Shown here: positions 19,722 to 28,747 of the stretch, one piece after another | How positions within the stretch are numbered: position 1 is the first letter of the stretch | Layout: each line of letters starts with the position of its first letter | Assembly (NCBI GenBank): GCA_964583985.1 | Contig: CAZOYD010000016.1 | Span: 1-53,315, forward strand | Direction: 5' to 3' | Length of the DNA stretch: 53,315 bases | Source: an uncultured archaeon | GTDB lineage: Archaea > Asgardarchaeota > Lokiarchaeia > Sigyniarchaeales > SOKP01 | Notes under the pieces: model-generated | What the model saw: the letters and a program-made list of their open reading frames with translations, nothing else | The model's database searches: none | What the model was told of the DNA's origin: nothing | Program-made: the position numbers and the translations under genes

Positions 19722-20930
19722 ATGTGCGACACCTATGTTGCTTTAGGCAAATTTACTAAGAATGGAAATGTTATTTTTGGAAAAAATAGTGATCGATTAG
19801 GCGCGGAAGCTCAATTGATAACACATGCTCCCAAGATGAGTTATTCTAAGAATGATATGGTTGAATGCACTCATATTAGCATTCCTCAAGTATCAGAAAC
19901 TGCTGAGGTGTTATTGAGCAAACCATATTGGATGTGGGGTGCCGAAATGGGTGCAAATGAGTATAATGTAGTTATAGGAAATGAAGCTATTGCAACAAAG
20001 GAACCTCTTAATGAGACTGGATTACTTGGCATGGATTTATTACGCCTTGGTCTTGAACGAGGAAAATCTGCGAAGGAAGCATTAGAAGTTATCACTAATC
20101 TATTAGAAAAGCACGGTCAAGGAGGAGCACATAATAAAAAAGGATTAAATTATCATAATTCTTTCCTTATAGCGGATTCTAAAGAAGCTTATGTTTTAGA
20201 AACTGCGGGCTATTGGTGGGTAGTAGAAATTGTTCAAGAGTATCGTTCTATCTCAAATAATATTTCAATTAGGGGAAAAGGAGACATGAGAAAAGATGGA
20301 ATAATTCAACACGCAATTGAACAAGACTACTGTAAAGATGATGATGATTTCGACTTTAAAATGATATTCTCGCCTTCTCAGTTACCTGATGTGTTTCCTC
20401 TCGATAGTAGAGATGGCTGTTCTTTAAATCAATTAGTTAAAAATCGCGGAAAAATCACAGCAGAATTGATGATGCACTTTCTTAGAACACACGATCCAGT
20501 GAGGATCTGCATGCATCAACGTAATGATCAATCCACAGGTTCTCAAGTTTCTGAATTAAAGCAAGGGAATCTTCATTCTATACATTGGTTAACTGGGAGC
20601 ACCATACCATGCTTGAGCATTTTTAAACCTTATACCTTTCCTATAGAAGAAGAAACAATTGCAGCTATAAAATATCCCGAAATCAATCCGAATTGGTTTT
20701 GGTCAAAACACGCTGATTTCATTACACCTTTTATAAAAAAACCGAATGTGGAGAATTTAGAAAGAGATGATTATTATAAAACACTCAGAGAAATTGAAAA
20801 TGAACTAATTGATGCCGTGAAAAACTTAACACTCCAAGAACCATCAATTTCCTCTCAAGATTTTCTTGGAAAAATGAAATTAATTAATAAATCTGCCTGG
20901 GAAAAATCCAATTCTGTAATTAATGCTTAA
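19722..20930 (+). CDS. Peptidase C69 / secernin-like Ntn hydrolase
   Basis: MCDT N-terminal nucleophile, FGKNSDR, WMWGAEMGANEYNVVIGNEA, LLGMDLLRLGLER. Confidence 0.9.
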   Translation: MCDTYVALGKFTKNGNVIFGKNSDRLGAEAQLITHAPKMSYSKNDMVECTHISIPQVSETAEVLLSKPYWMWGAEMGANEYNVVIGNEAIATKEPLNETGLLGMDLLRLGLERGKSAKEALEVITNLLEKHGQGGAHNKKGLNYHNSFLIADSKEAYVLETAGYWWVVEIVQEYRSISNNISIRGKGDMRKDGIIQHAIEQDYCKDDDDFDFKMIFSPSQLPDVFPLDSRDGCSLNQLVKNRGKITAELMMHFLRTHDPVRICMHQRNDQSTGSQVSELKQGNLHSIHWLTGSTIPCLSIFKPYTFPIEEETIAAIKYPEINPNWFWSKHADFITPFIKKPNVENLERDDYYKTLREIENELIDAVKNLTLQEPSISSQDFLGKMKLINKSAWEKSNSVINA

Positions 20931-20951
20931 ACCGTATGAAAATCTCATGAA

Positions 20952-21584
20952 TTGATTATATTGGCAAATATATTTAATATTTTAATAACTGGTTTCGAAA
21001 ATCAAGGATTTAATAATATATTACTATTCTTGAAGGAATATGGTCAAAATTCACGTTTTATTATAAAAACTGTGAGTAATAGAGAAGAAATAAAAACAGC
21101 AGGAAATAATTCTAAAATCGCTTCAGTAAGATTTTTAATTGAAAGCACGATATATTCTACTGAACCAGAATACGGTATAAATGATGAAATTTCTATAGAT
21201 ATCCCACAAAAAGCGGTACACTTGGTTCTTGGATTAGATCCAATGGAAGTCATGAATAACTTGAAATTGATTTCTGAGCGTACGTTAGTCATCTTAAATG
21301 CCAATCTTAATTCTTCTAATGCAAATGGAGGCTATTCTGTCGGAAAAATTATTGAAATATTAGACCAGTATGTAAGAACTACAATATGTTTAAATTTCGA
21401 AGAACTCGCACTCCTAAAATTCAATAAGTTATATTTTGCAAGTTTCATCATGATGGGAGTTGCAATTAAAGAGTTTATAGGTTTTTTTAGAAAGGATTTG
21501 GCTTTAAAAATATTATCGAGTAAAACTGAGAATGATACTTCAAATGCAATTAAAGCATTTGAGATAGGATACAATTTAAATTAG
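20952..21584 (+). CDS. Diverged IorB / 2-oxoacid:ferredoxin oxidoreductase gamma-like protein
   Basis: NILITGFENQG (cf. GxGGQG), SVRF, VHLVLGLDPME, KAFEIGY; start may be TTG 20961. Confidence 0.6.
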   Translation: MIILANIFNILITGFENQGFNNILLFLKEYGQNSRFIIKTVSNREEIKTAGNNSKIASVRFLIESTIYSTEPEYGINDEISIDIPQKAVHLVLGLDPMEVMNNLKLISERTLVILNANLNSSNANGGYSVGKIIEILDQYVRTTICLNFEELALLKFNKLYFASFIMMGVAIKEFIGFFRKDLALKILSSKTENDTSNAIKAFEIGYNLN

Positions 21585-21609
21585 TGGAGCTGGAAGACAT
21601 CCGGTACTA

Positions 21610-23709
21610 TTATTTCTTGATGTATGATATCTTAAAAGAAGCCAGTTTACCTTTCATGATTTTAATTTCTCTAAATGCGCCAGTCAACTCTGGATTAGAA
21701 TATCCCCCCAACCCAAGAGCTGGCGTTTGAACAACAAATGGACCGTTCATTTCTATATCTCTTGGATTTGTATAAATTTCAGAATATAAATCATAATATA
21801 TTGCAGCAGGATTTTCAATTTTTTTTAAACTGAATGGGGGAGCATTTAATACGTGAGTTTTAATATCAGAATTTTCCAATCTAAATTCTTTAAGTTCATG
21901 AGTGTGTCCAGAAAGAGTAAGTATGCAGTGATCTTTGCAAAAATTGATCAATTTTTCCCAATTTGCCGAAATCGTGCCATATTTGACGTTGAAATTGAGA
22001 TCTATTCGAGCTTGTGTGTGTTTTTTACCAAGTTTTTTAATGACGGATTCTTTAAATTCATCAAATTTGCCTATAAAATCATTCTTAGATTTTTTGAAAG
22101 CTATGCGATCAAATATGCTTAAATTTTTTTGAATATTTACTGGAGGACCATGAGTCAATAAGAACGTGATATCATTCTCCTCAATCTTATTATTTATGAG
22201 GTATTCTAAAAACTTAATCTGTCTTGTAGTAACTCCAGTAACAGAAGGATGTCCGCTTACAAAATCTCGAAAATTTTTAAAAGAATCTGGGCCCGTATTG
22301 AGAAATATGAACATAGAATTACCCAATTTTAGTGAATAATCTAAGGAACTATTAAACTCTGAAAAATAACCTTTTAAAGCTCGAAAACTCCTTGTTATAG
22401 AGCTTATTGGATTAGCAATCAATCGATCATTGAGAGCAATTGCTTCATTTGCATTAAGACCAATCTTTTTATATAAATTTCCCCATCGAATATCATAATG
22501 ATAAGGACGGAAATCATGGTTACCTGGAATTGTGAAGATTGGACATAATAGCTCTTCTCCTTCAATCATTCCTCGTCTTTTTTTTTGAGGAATATTCAAT
22601 ATTATTTCCTTAAAGATTCTCCAATTACTATGTTCATAGTCAAAATCGATAAGTTTCTTAAAATCTTTTGGTAGTTTAGATAAAATAGTAAAATCTATTA
22701 AATCACCAGTTAAAACTATAAAATCTAATTCATTTTGAAGGACTTTTTTATTCATTAATCTTATAAATTTTTTAAAATTATTGTTAGGATTAATTAATCG
22801 CTTCTGAAGGGGTTCAATTCTAAGTGGAGATTGAGGCTCTTCTTCCTTGTGTTTTTTTGAGCTTTTCTTGAAAAAAGAAAATTTTTTAACACTTTTCTCA
22901 GCAAATTCGACCATGTTATCTTGGATTGCAAGCCAATTTTTAACAATTTCATAAATTTTATCATTTCTCTCAGCTAAATGTAAATCAGTGGCATGAACGA
23001 AGTTAATATTAGTCCAATCATTTTTAGAAATTACTAAGGCATGGTTATTGATTCGATCTTTACCATTTTCTTGTATTTGGATAATATCAAACATGAGAAA
23101 AGTAAAATCTCTCAACCAAGCTCTTACTTCTTCAGTTAACGTGATATCTACAATAACGCGATAAAATTTATATAGCCCATCAAATATGCTTTGCTTTAAT
23201 AAATATTCATGAGAATTAAGAATTTCTATATTCTCACGTTCCACAACTTTATCGGGAGGGACTTCATTTGCATTAAGTATAATTCCATCAATTGGATCGC
23301 CTCGATAGCTACGTATTTTTATTCTTCTAAAATCTTGCTGTTTCTCTTGTTCAGATTCTTCTTGTTTAATCCCTTTAGTTTTCCCTCGTTTCATTTTAAA
23401 GGAAAAAAAAGATTTTATTTTTTTCCAAATTCCAATTCTTTTCTCTTTTTTTATTATCTCTTTTTCCTTTTTTTCTTTAATAAAAGCATTTATTTTCCAT
23501 CTATATTCAAATATTGGTATAAATCGAATTTTATGTCTGAGTGAATTCTCAAGTTCTTTTATCTCAGTAATGTTACTAATGAAAAAAAGTTCCAATTCAA
23601 AATTATTTTTACTAACCTTCTGGTCAGTGTTGATAATTAAAGGATGACCTAAGTTAGGATTAATTATAATTGCTTTACCAGATTGAGTCGTGTTGATGTT
23701 CGCATTCAA
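21610..23709 (-). CDS. Calcineurin-like metallophosphoesterase with long N-terminal extension
   Basis: TDLH, TGDLID, PGNHD, THGP, SGHTH; GGGTGAT SD-like site upstream of TTG. Confidence 0.85.
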   Translation of the reverse strand: MNANINTTQSGKAIIINPNLGHPLIINTDQKVSKNNFELELFFISNITEIKELENSLRHKIRFIPIFEYRWKINAFIKEKKEKEIIKKEKRIGIWKKIKSFFSFKMKRGKTKGIKQEESEQEKQQDFRRIKIRSYRGDPIDGIILNANEVPPDKVVERENIEILNSHEYLLKQSIFDGLYKFYRVIVDITLTEEVRAWLRDFTFLMFDIIQIQENGKDRINNHALVISKNDWTNINFVHATDLHLAERNDKIYEIVKNWLAIQDNMVEFAEKSVKKFSFFKKSSKKHKEEEPQSPLRIEPLQKRLINPNNNFKKFIRLMNKKVLQNELDFIVLTGDLIDFTILSKLPKDFKKLIDFDYEHSNWRIFKEIILNIPQKKRRGMIEGEELLCPIFTIPGNHDFRPYHYDIRWGNLYKKIGLNANEAIALNDRLIANPISSITRSFRALKGYFSEFNSSLDYSLKLGNSMFIFLNTGPDSFKNFRDFVSGHPSVTGVTTRQIKFLEYLINNKIEENDITFLLTHGPPVNIQKNLSIFDRIAFKKSKNDFIGKFDEFKESVIKKLGKKHTQARIDLNFNVKYGTISANWEKLINFCKDHCILTLSGHTHELKEFRLENSDIKTHVLNAPPFSLKKIENPAAIYYDLYSEIYTNPRDIEMNGPFVVQTPALGLGGYSNPELTGAFREIKIMKGKLASFKISYIKK

Positions 23710-23962
23710 TATATTATGATCACCCTTTTTACATAAAAGAACTCTGAATTGTTTTTAACTAAGTATTAAACACATATATGATTTTCTTTTTATTTTTTAG
23801 AGAGGAAGATTATCATTAGTAATATACTAACAGCATTCAATCTTTTGCGAGCTGAATTTAACCAAGTCATAAATGAGAGATCTAATTCTATCGATAATTC
23901 AGTAATGAGAGCTTTTTTAATAATAATTTCAATAGAATGCTTGAAATATCATTTTGGGCGAA

Positions 23963-24241
23963 TTATTCTGAAGTTAAGCACACAAATATTACGTTGTCAC
24001 CTCTGACAACGATATTACCAAGGTCTTCATGCTCTTCCCGGATATTTCCATCCTCATCTTGATATTCAAATAGTTGACTAGTTCCTTCGAGATAAAGGTT
24101 CAAATGTTCGTCAAACCCACCAAGACGACCTCTGAAAAGTCTGTTTCTTTTCACTTTGATTAAGATAATTTCATTGACAGAATTTTTCAAATAATCAATG
24201 GGTCGTTGAGGTCTATTTTTCTGGTCATTTCTTCTTTCCAT
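23963..24241 (-). CDS. Sm/Lsm family RNA-binding protein
   Basis: Sm1 GRLGGFDEHLNLYL and Sm2 IVVRGDNVIFV. Confidence 0.92.
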   Translation of the reverse strand: MERRNDQKNRPQRPIDYLKNSVNEIILIKVKRNRLFRGRLGGFDEHLNLYLEGTSQLFEYQDEDGNIREEHEDLGNIVVRGDNVIFVCLTSE

Positions 24242-24471
24242 TTTTTAAAACACGAAAACAAATAATTAAAAAAATCTAGTAATAATAATATGAATATTAA
24301 AACTGCGAATTAAAACCTTATGATTATTTTGCTTTATTTAGATATAAACACCACAAATTTTAAATATCATCAATGGAGAGGTTCATAAATCATCCCAAAA
24401 TCTGTTGAAAACTGATCTTTAAATTTTTATGCTATCTTTCTTTTTTATGTGTAACATCTTCTTATATGCAT

Positions 24472-24592
24472 AGGCCCGTGGCGAAGACCGGATATCGCGG
24501 CAGCCTCCTATTATCTCGTTGGAGATAGCTGAAGAACGGGGGTTCAAATCAAGAAAAAATTCTTTTCAAGAGAATACATCCCCCCGGGCCTG
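24472..24592 (+). tRNA. tRNA-Arg(CCT) with two introns (16 nt at 37/38; 30 nt in the T-loop/T-stem boundary)
   Basis: Acceptor AGGCCCG/CGGGCCT + discriminator G; D-arm GCGA/TCGC with GGA20; anticodon stem GCAGC/GCTGA; CT-CCT-A; T-arm GGGGG-TTCAAAT-CCCCC is restored by removing 24551-24580. Confidence 0.85.
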
Positions 24593-24672
24593 TATATTAA
24601 ATTTATCATTTTCAAAATTAGAAACAATTATTCTTTTCTAGTGTTGAATGGTATTCTTAAATTATCTCAATC

Positions 24673-24711
24673 TCTCGTTAGGTTTATGGAAACATGACGA
24701 GAATTTATATA
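24673..24711 (+). promoter_or_regulatory. TATA box (TTTATATA 24704-24711) of the aor operon with an adjacent inverted repeat
   Basis: TCTCGT-N18-ACGAGA directly upstream of TTTATATA; AAGGTGA SD before ATG 24757. Confidence 0.45.
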
Positions 24712-24756
24712 ACAGATAATACGAATATACATGTTTAATTAATAAGGTGAAAATAA

Positions 24757-26493
24757 ATGTCAAAAAGAATTTTAAGAGTAAATATGAGTAATCTCGAAGC
24801 AAAATTTGAAGATTTTCCTGCAGATTTTGCTGCGTTAGGAGGTAGAGGACTTACTTCTACGATTGTTGAAAAAGAAGTGGATCCACTCTGTCACCCTTTA
24901 GGTCCAAATAATAAGCTTGTACTTGCTCCAGGGTTAGTTACAGGAACTTTAGCTCCAAGTTCAGGTCGTATTTCTGTTGGTTGTAAATCACCTTTGACAG
25001 GAGGGATTAAAGAAGCAAATGCGGGAACTCCATTTGCTCAACAATTAGCAAGAATGAGAATTGCAGCTATAATAGTTGAAGGAAAACACAAGGGATCCGA
25101 TTTCTACACGCTTAAGATTACCAAAGATAAGGTAGAGTTTACTAGTGCTAATAAATGGGTTGGAAAGGGATTATATGAAACCTATAAAGGATTATTTAAA
25201 GAATATGGAGACAAGGTTGGAATATGTGGAATCGGAATTGCAGCAGAACTTTTTGGTGCTTCTTCAGGTATATGTTTTAATGATCCTGAAGGCTTGCCCA
25301 GTCGATATGCAGGTCGAGGGGGTGTAGGAGCCGTAATGGCTTCCAAAGGATTAAAATTCATTATAATTGATGATACTGGTGCCCCGGGAGTTGAAATTTT
25401 AAATGAAGAAGCTTTTAAAGAAGGTGCTGAAAAGTTAAGAAAAGCATTAACAACTCATGACGTAACGAAACCTGGTGGTGCTCTCAATTCTTATGGAACA
25501 AGTGTACTTGTGAATATCATAAATGAAGCAGGAGGATTACCACAACGAAATTTTTCGGCAGGTCAAGATGACAGGTCAGAAAAAGTTTCTGGAGAATTAA
25601 AAGCTGAAGAAATTAAAAAACGTGGTGGAAAAAGACCCCATTATTGTAATGTAGGATGTATTATTCAATGCTCTGAAGTATGGTGTAAACCAGGAGGAAA
25701 AGATCCCGTAGGTTGTCTTGAATATGAGAGCGTATGGTCTCTTGGTCCTAATTGTGGAATTTATAATTTAGATGATGTTGGAGAATTAAATAGAGCATGC
25801 AATGATTTGGGATTAGATACTATTGAAGCTGGAGGAATGATGGGAGTTGCAATGGAAGGTGGTCTAGCTGAATTCGGAGATGCTAAAAAAGCTCTAAAAT
25901 TAATGGATGAGATTAGGAATAAAACACCATTGGGTCGAATTTTAGCGAATGGTACAGCTTTTACCGCTCAAGCCTTGGGAGTAACACGCGTGCCAGTTGT
26001 AAAAAGCCAGAGTTTACCGGCTTATGATCCACGTGCAATAAAAGGAATTGGTGTCACTTACGCCACCACTCCTCAAGGTGCGGACCATACTGCCGGATAT
26101 GCTATAGCTACCGAAATAATGGGTGTAGGTGGAACAGCGGATCCCATGGATACAAATAAGGCCGATTTATCACGGAATCTCCAAATAGCAACTGCAGCAG
26201 TCGATGCTACGGGATATTGCCTTTTTATAGCATTTGCCGTATTAGATATTCCTGAAGGCTTGGAAGGGGTTGTTGGTACATTAAATGGTATATTGGGATC
26301 GAATCTCACAGTTGCTGATGTTCCAGGATACGGACAATCAATTATCGATGTTGAAAGGAAATTCAATAAAGCCGCTGGTTTTACTAAATTAGATGATAGG
26401 CTACCAGAATTTTTCTTGAAAGAGAAATTAGCACCTCATAACACCGTTTTCGATGTTAGCGATGAAGAATTAGATAAAGTTTGGGGAGCTTAA
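24757..26493 (+). CDS. aor: Tungsten aldehyde:ferredoxin oxidoreductase
   Basis: LGGRGL, KSPLTGGIKEANAG, AGRGGVGAVMASKGLK, CNVGCIIQC, EYE, DLGLDTIE, YDPR, DDRLP. Confidence 0.93.
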   Translation: MSKRILRVNMSNLEAKFEDFPADFAALGGRGLTSTIVEKEVDPLCHPLGPNNKLVLAPGLVTGTLAPSSGRISVGCKSPLTGGIKEANAGTPFAQQLARMRIAAIIVEGKHKGSDFYTLKITKDKVEFTSANKWVGKGLYETYKGLFKEYGDKVGICGIGIAAELFGASSGICFNDPEGLPSRYAGRGGVGAVMASKGLKFIIIDDTGAPGVEILNEEAFKEGAEKLRKALTTHDVTKPGGALNSYGTSVLVNIINEAGGLPQRNFSAGQDDRSEKVSGELKAEEIKKRGGKRPHYCNVGCIIQCSEVWCKPGGKDPVGCLEYESVWSLGPNCGIYNLDDVGELNRACNDLGLDTIEAGGMMGVAMEGGLAEFGDAKKALKLMDEIRNKTPLGRILANGTAFTAQALGVTRVPVVKSQSLPAYDPRAIKGIGVTYATTPQGADHTAGYAIATEIMGVGGTADPMDTNKADLSRNLQIATAAVDATGYCLFIAFAVLDIPEGLEGVVGTLNGILGSNLTVADVPGYGQSIIDVERKFNKAAGFTKLDDRLPEFFLKEKLAPHNTVFDVSDEELDKVWGA

Positions 26494-26503
26494 CCATTTA
26501 AAC

Positions 26504-26791
26504 ATGACAATTTTGGTCAAAATCTTTGGAGATTTGCGTAACAAAATTAAGGACGAAAAGCCCGATGGGGCTCTTCCACTTAATTTATATATCAAAACCG
26601 AGAACATTGAATATATCAGAGACATATTACAGAAGATATCAATTGAAGAAAAAGATACAAGCCATATCTTTGTGAATGGAGTTTATGCAGGATTCAATAA
26701 AAAGGTAAAGGATGGAGATAGAATAGGAATTTTTTCTAAAAACCAAGCTCTTTTATATAAATGGTATTTTAAGAGAGAAGAAGATGAATGA
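26504..26791 (+). CDS. MoaD/ThiS-like beta-grasp protein without C-terminal Gly-Gly
   Basis: VKIFGDLR, IFVNG, VKDGDRIGIF, then tail SKNQALLYKWYFKREEDE. Confidence 0.75.
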   Translation: MTILVKIFGDLRNKIKDEKPDGALPLNLYIKTENIEYIRDILQKISIEEKDTSHIFVNGVYAGFNKKVKDGDRIGIFSKNQALLYKWYFKREEDE

Positions 26792-27032
26792 AAATAATGT
26801 AATCACGGTAACAATAAAATTATTTGCAAACTTGCGCGGATTTGGTCCAGCAAAATCGATCGAAAAATTCCAAAAATATACCACCGTACAGGTTATAGTC
26901 GATAAATATCATTTGCCCTTCAAAGATATGAAATTAATTATTCTAATCAATGGAAAACCGCATATCGCTCTTGATCATGTTCTTAATGATGGAGACGTCC
27001 TTGCGATATTTCCTCCTTTAGCAGGAGGATAA
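26784..27032 (+). CDS. MoaD/ThiS/SAMP sulfur carrier
   Basis: IKLFANLR, LING, LNDGDVLAIFPPLAGG* with terminal GG. Confidence 0.9.
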   Translation: MNENNVITVTIKLFANLRGFGPAKSIEKFQKYTTVQVIVDKYHLPFKDMKLIILINGKPHIALDHVLNDGDVLAIFPPLAGG

Positions 27033-27042
27033 TTATCTCAAA

Positions 27043-27057
27043 TTTTCTTTTTTTTTT
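27043..27057 (+). terminator. Oligo-U terminator after the aor-moaD operon
   Basis: TTTTCTTTTTTTTTT 10 nt after the stop. Confidence 0.55.
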
Positions 27058-27128
27058 ATATTATCTCTTATAAGAATTAAACAATTGCATGTTGTAAAAG
27101 CAAGAATTTTCGTTTATTAGCTTATCTG

Positions 27129-28067
27129 TTAGTTTTTAAATTTCCAGAAAGTTTGGTCATTGTAAATTACTTTTTTAATCTTATTTTTCGAGGCTAGAAT
27201 ATCCAGTTGAATCAATATATCTTGTTCATTAAAAGTTTGAGAACAAAAGGTTTCAATGATTTGTTCTTGTTTCATTGGATGCCTTTCAATTAAATTCTTT
27301 AATTCAATTTCGAAATTAGAGCTCAAAACATTAAAATTCCCTCGTTCAGGATAATTGATATTGTTATATTTCCTAAAAACATCATCTAAAATGGGAATGA
27401 CGCTCTTATCGGGAATTTGCACCCAACTTTCCGTGGGAGGTCTTATGGGAACATTAATGTCAATCCTATCCGGTTTTATTAAATCGAGTTTCTCCTTTAT
27501 TTTTAATAGCTCTATTTTGGAATCATTAATCCCCTTCATGAGCATTATTTCTATCCAGAATTTTCCCCTAAATTTTTTCCTAAAATCGATATATCCTTGA
27601 ATCATCCTTTCAAACTTTATGGAGGGATGAGGGCGATTGATTTTGATGAATAATTTTTCATCTCCTGCATCTAAAGTAGGTAAAACAACGTCAACAAGCA
27701 TCAACGCTTGCTGAACTTCTTCATCATGCAATAAACTTCCATTAGTAATTACACAAGTGGGTTTTTCAGATATCTTTTTAACAGAAATTATTAAATCCTT
27801 AATGTCTTTATAAAGAGTAGGCTCTCCACTGCCAACAAATGTAATGTAATCAGTTTTATGTTCATTTAACTTGATAAAATAATCCATTTCACCAATAATA
27901 TCATCTTTCGGAAAGAAATTTTGTCTTGAATTGGTAAAATGTGTCGTTTTTCCTAATTGACAATAAATGCATTGGTAATTACATGTTTTTGATGGAAGTA
28001 TATCTATTCCTATTGATCGCCCTAGTCTTCTGCTTGGAACCGGTCCATAACAAAATTGAGGTATCAT
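27129..28067 (-). CDS. Radical SAM protein (COG0731-like Fe-S oxidoreductase)
   Basis: YGPVPSRRLGRSIG, CNYQCIYC, GSGEPTL, TNGSLL. Confidence 0.9.
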   Translation of the reverse strand: MIPQFCYGPVPSRRLGRSIGIDILPSKTCNYQCIYCQLGKTTHFTNSRQNFFPKDDIIGEMDYFIKLNEHKTDYITFVGSGEPTLYKDIKDLIISVKKISEKPTCVITNGSLLHDEEVQQALMLVDVVLPTLDAGDEKLFIKINRPHPSIKFERMIQGYIDFRKKFRGKFWIEIMLMKGINDSKIELLKIKEKLDLIKPDRIDINVPIRPPTESWVQIPDKSVIPILDDVFRKYNNINYPERGNFNVLSSNFEIELKNLIERHPMKQEQIIETFCSQTFNEQDILIQLDILASKNKIKKVIYNDQTFWKFKN

Positions 28068-28088
28068 TTCATCGCTTTGAGAAATTTA

Positions 28089-28460
28089 TTATACTAATTT
28101 TATGATTTCCTTTATAATATGTTCACACGTAATCCCTACCATCATTCCATTCTTTACAAAAGGGTAATCATATAGTTCGATATCTCTATTTAAGAGAATC
28201 CCATTTTTAAAAAATAATAAGGTTGGAATTGAATGTATATCTAATATTCGAGTAATTAAGGGATTTTCATCAACATCAATTTTAATTAAATTTATCAATC
28301 CTTCATCTCTATATTTTTGGAGAATGATGGTTAACCCATTACACGAGTTACACCATTTTGAAGTAATTTCTACAATGATAATGCCTTTTCCTGAACCACT
28401 AATCCCACAGTTCGATAAGTCTTCTATATTCGTAAAAACACCAACTTTGCTCCAACCTTT
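28089..28460 (-). CDS. Thioredoxin-like protein (WCNSC); start codon unresolved
   Basis: The frame is open from 28460 and contains IIVEITSKWCNSC (WCNSC at 28341-28355) upstream of the tracked TTG, then KIDVDEN and SIPTLLFFKNG. Confidence 0.75.
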   Translation of the reverse strand, partial: KGWSKVGVFTNIEDLSNCGISGSGKGIIIVEITSKWCNSCNGLTIILQKYRDEGLINLIKIDVDENPLITRILDIHSIPTLLFFKNGILLNRDIELYDYPFVKNGMMVGITCEHIIKEIIKLV

Positions 28461-28549
28461 TCATTTGAAGAAAAAATATCACGTTTCAAAGTATATGAAT
28501 AATTATTCATATTAAAATATTAATTATTTGCAACATTATTATTTTCATT

Positions 28550-28702
28550 ATGGTAGATGTAAAAATAGAAGTTGATGATAAGGAAATTCCACTAAACGAA
28601 ATAATGAGTAAAGTCATTTCCAATATTTTAGGGGGATTTCTTGACGCATTACATGACATACCTGAAGAAAGGAAAAAGATTAATCTAGAAATCACTTATT
28701 AA
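28550..28702 (+). CDS. 50-aa protein resembling the C-terminal module of some MobB/Fe-S proteins
   Basis: MVDVKIEVDDKEIPLNEIMSKVISNILGGFLDALHDIPEERKKINLEITY*; below the ORF-track cutoff; explains the antisense shadow ORF. Confidence 0.65.
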   Translation: MVDVKIEVDDKEIPLNEIMSKVISNILGGFLDALHDIPEERKKINLEITY

Positions 28703-28747
28703 ATTCTTAATTATCCATTTTTTTTATATTTTCTAATAGGAATTTAC

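Noticed and set aside
23832-23941. Nested 7-bp inverted repeats downstream of the Sm gene as an ncRNA or SECIS
   Set aside because: Short AT-rich arms (AGCATTC/GAATGCT, CTGAATT/AATTCAG) are expected by chance; no recognisable RNA family motif and no selenoprotein nearby.
28461-28463. TGA upstream of the thioredoxin as selenocysteine
   Set aside because: Not at the CxxC site, and another in-frame TGA lies six codons further upstream with no start in between.
28507-28695. 62-aa minus-strand ORF
   Set aside because: Antisense shadow of the better + strand ORF 28550-28702.
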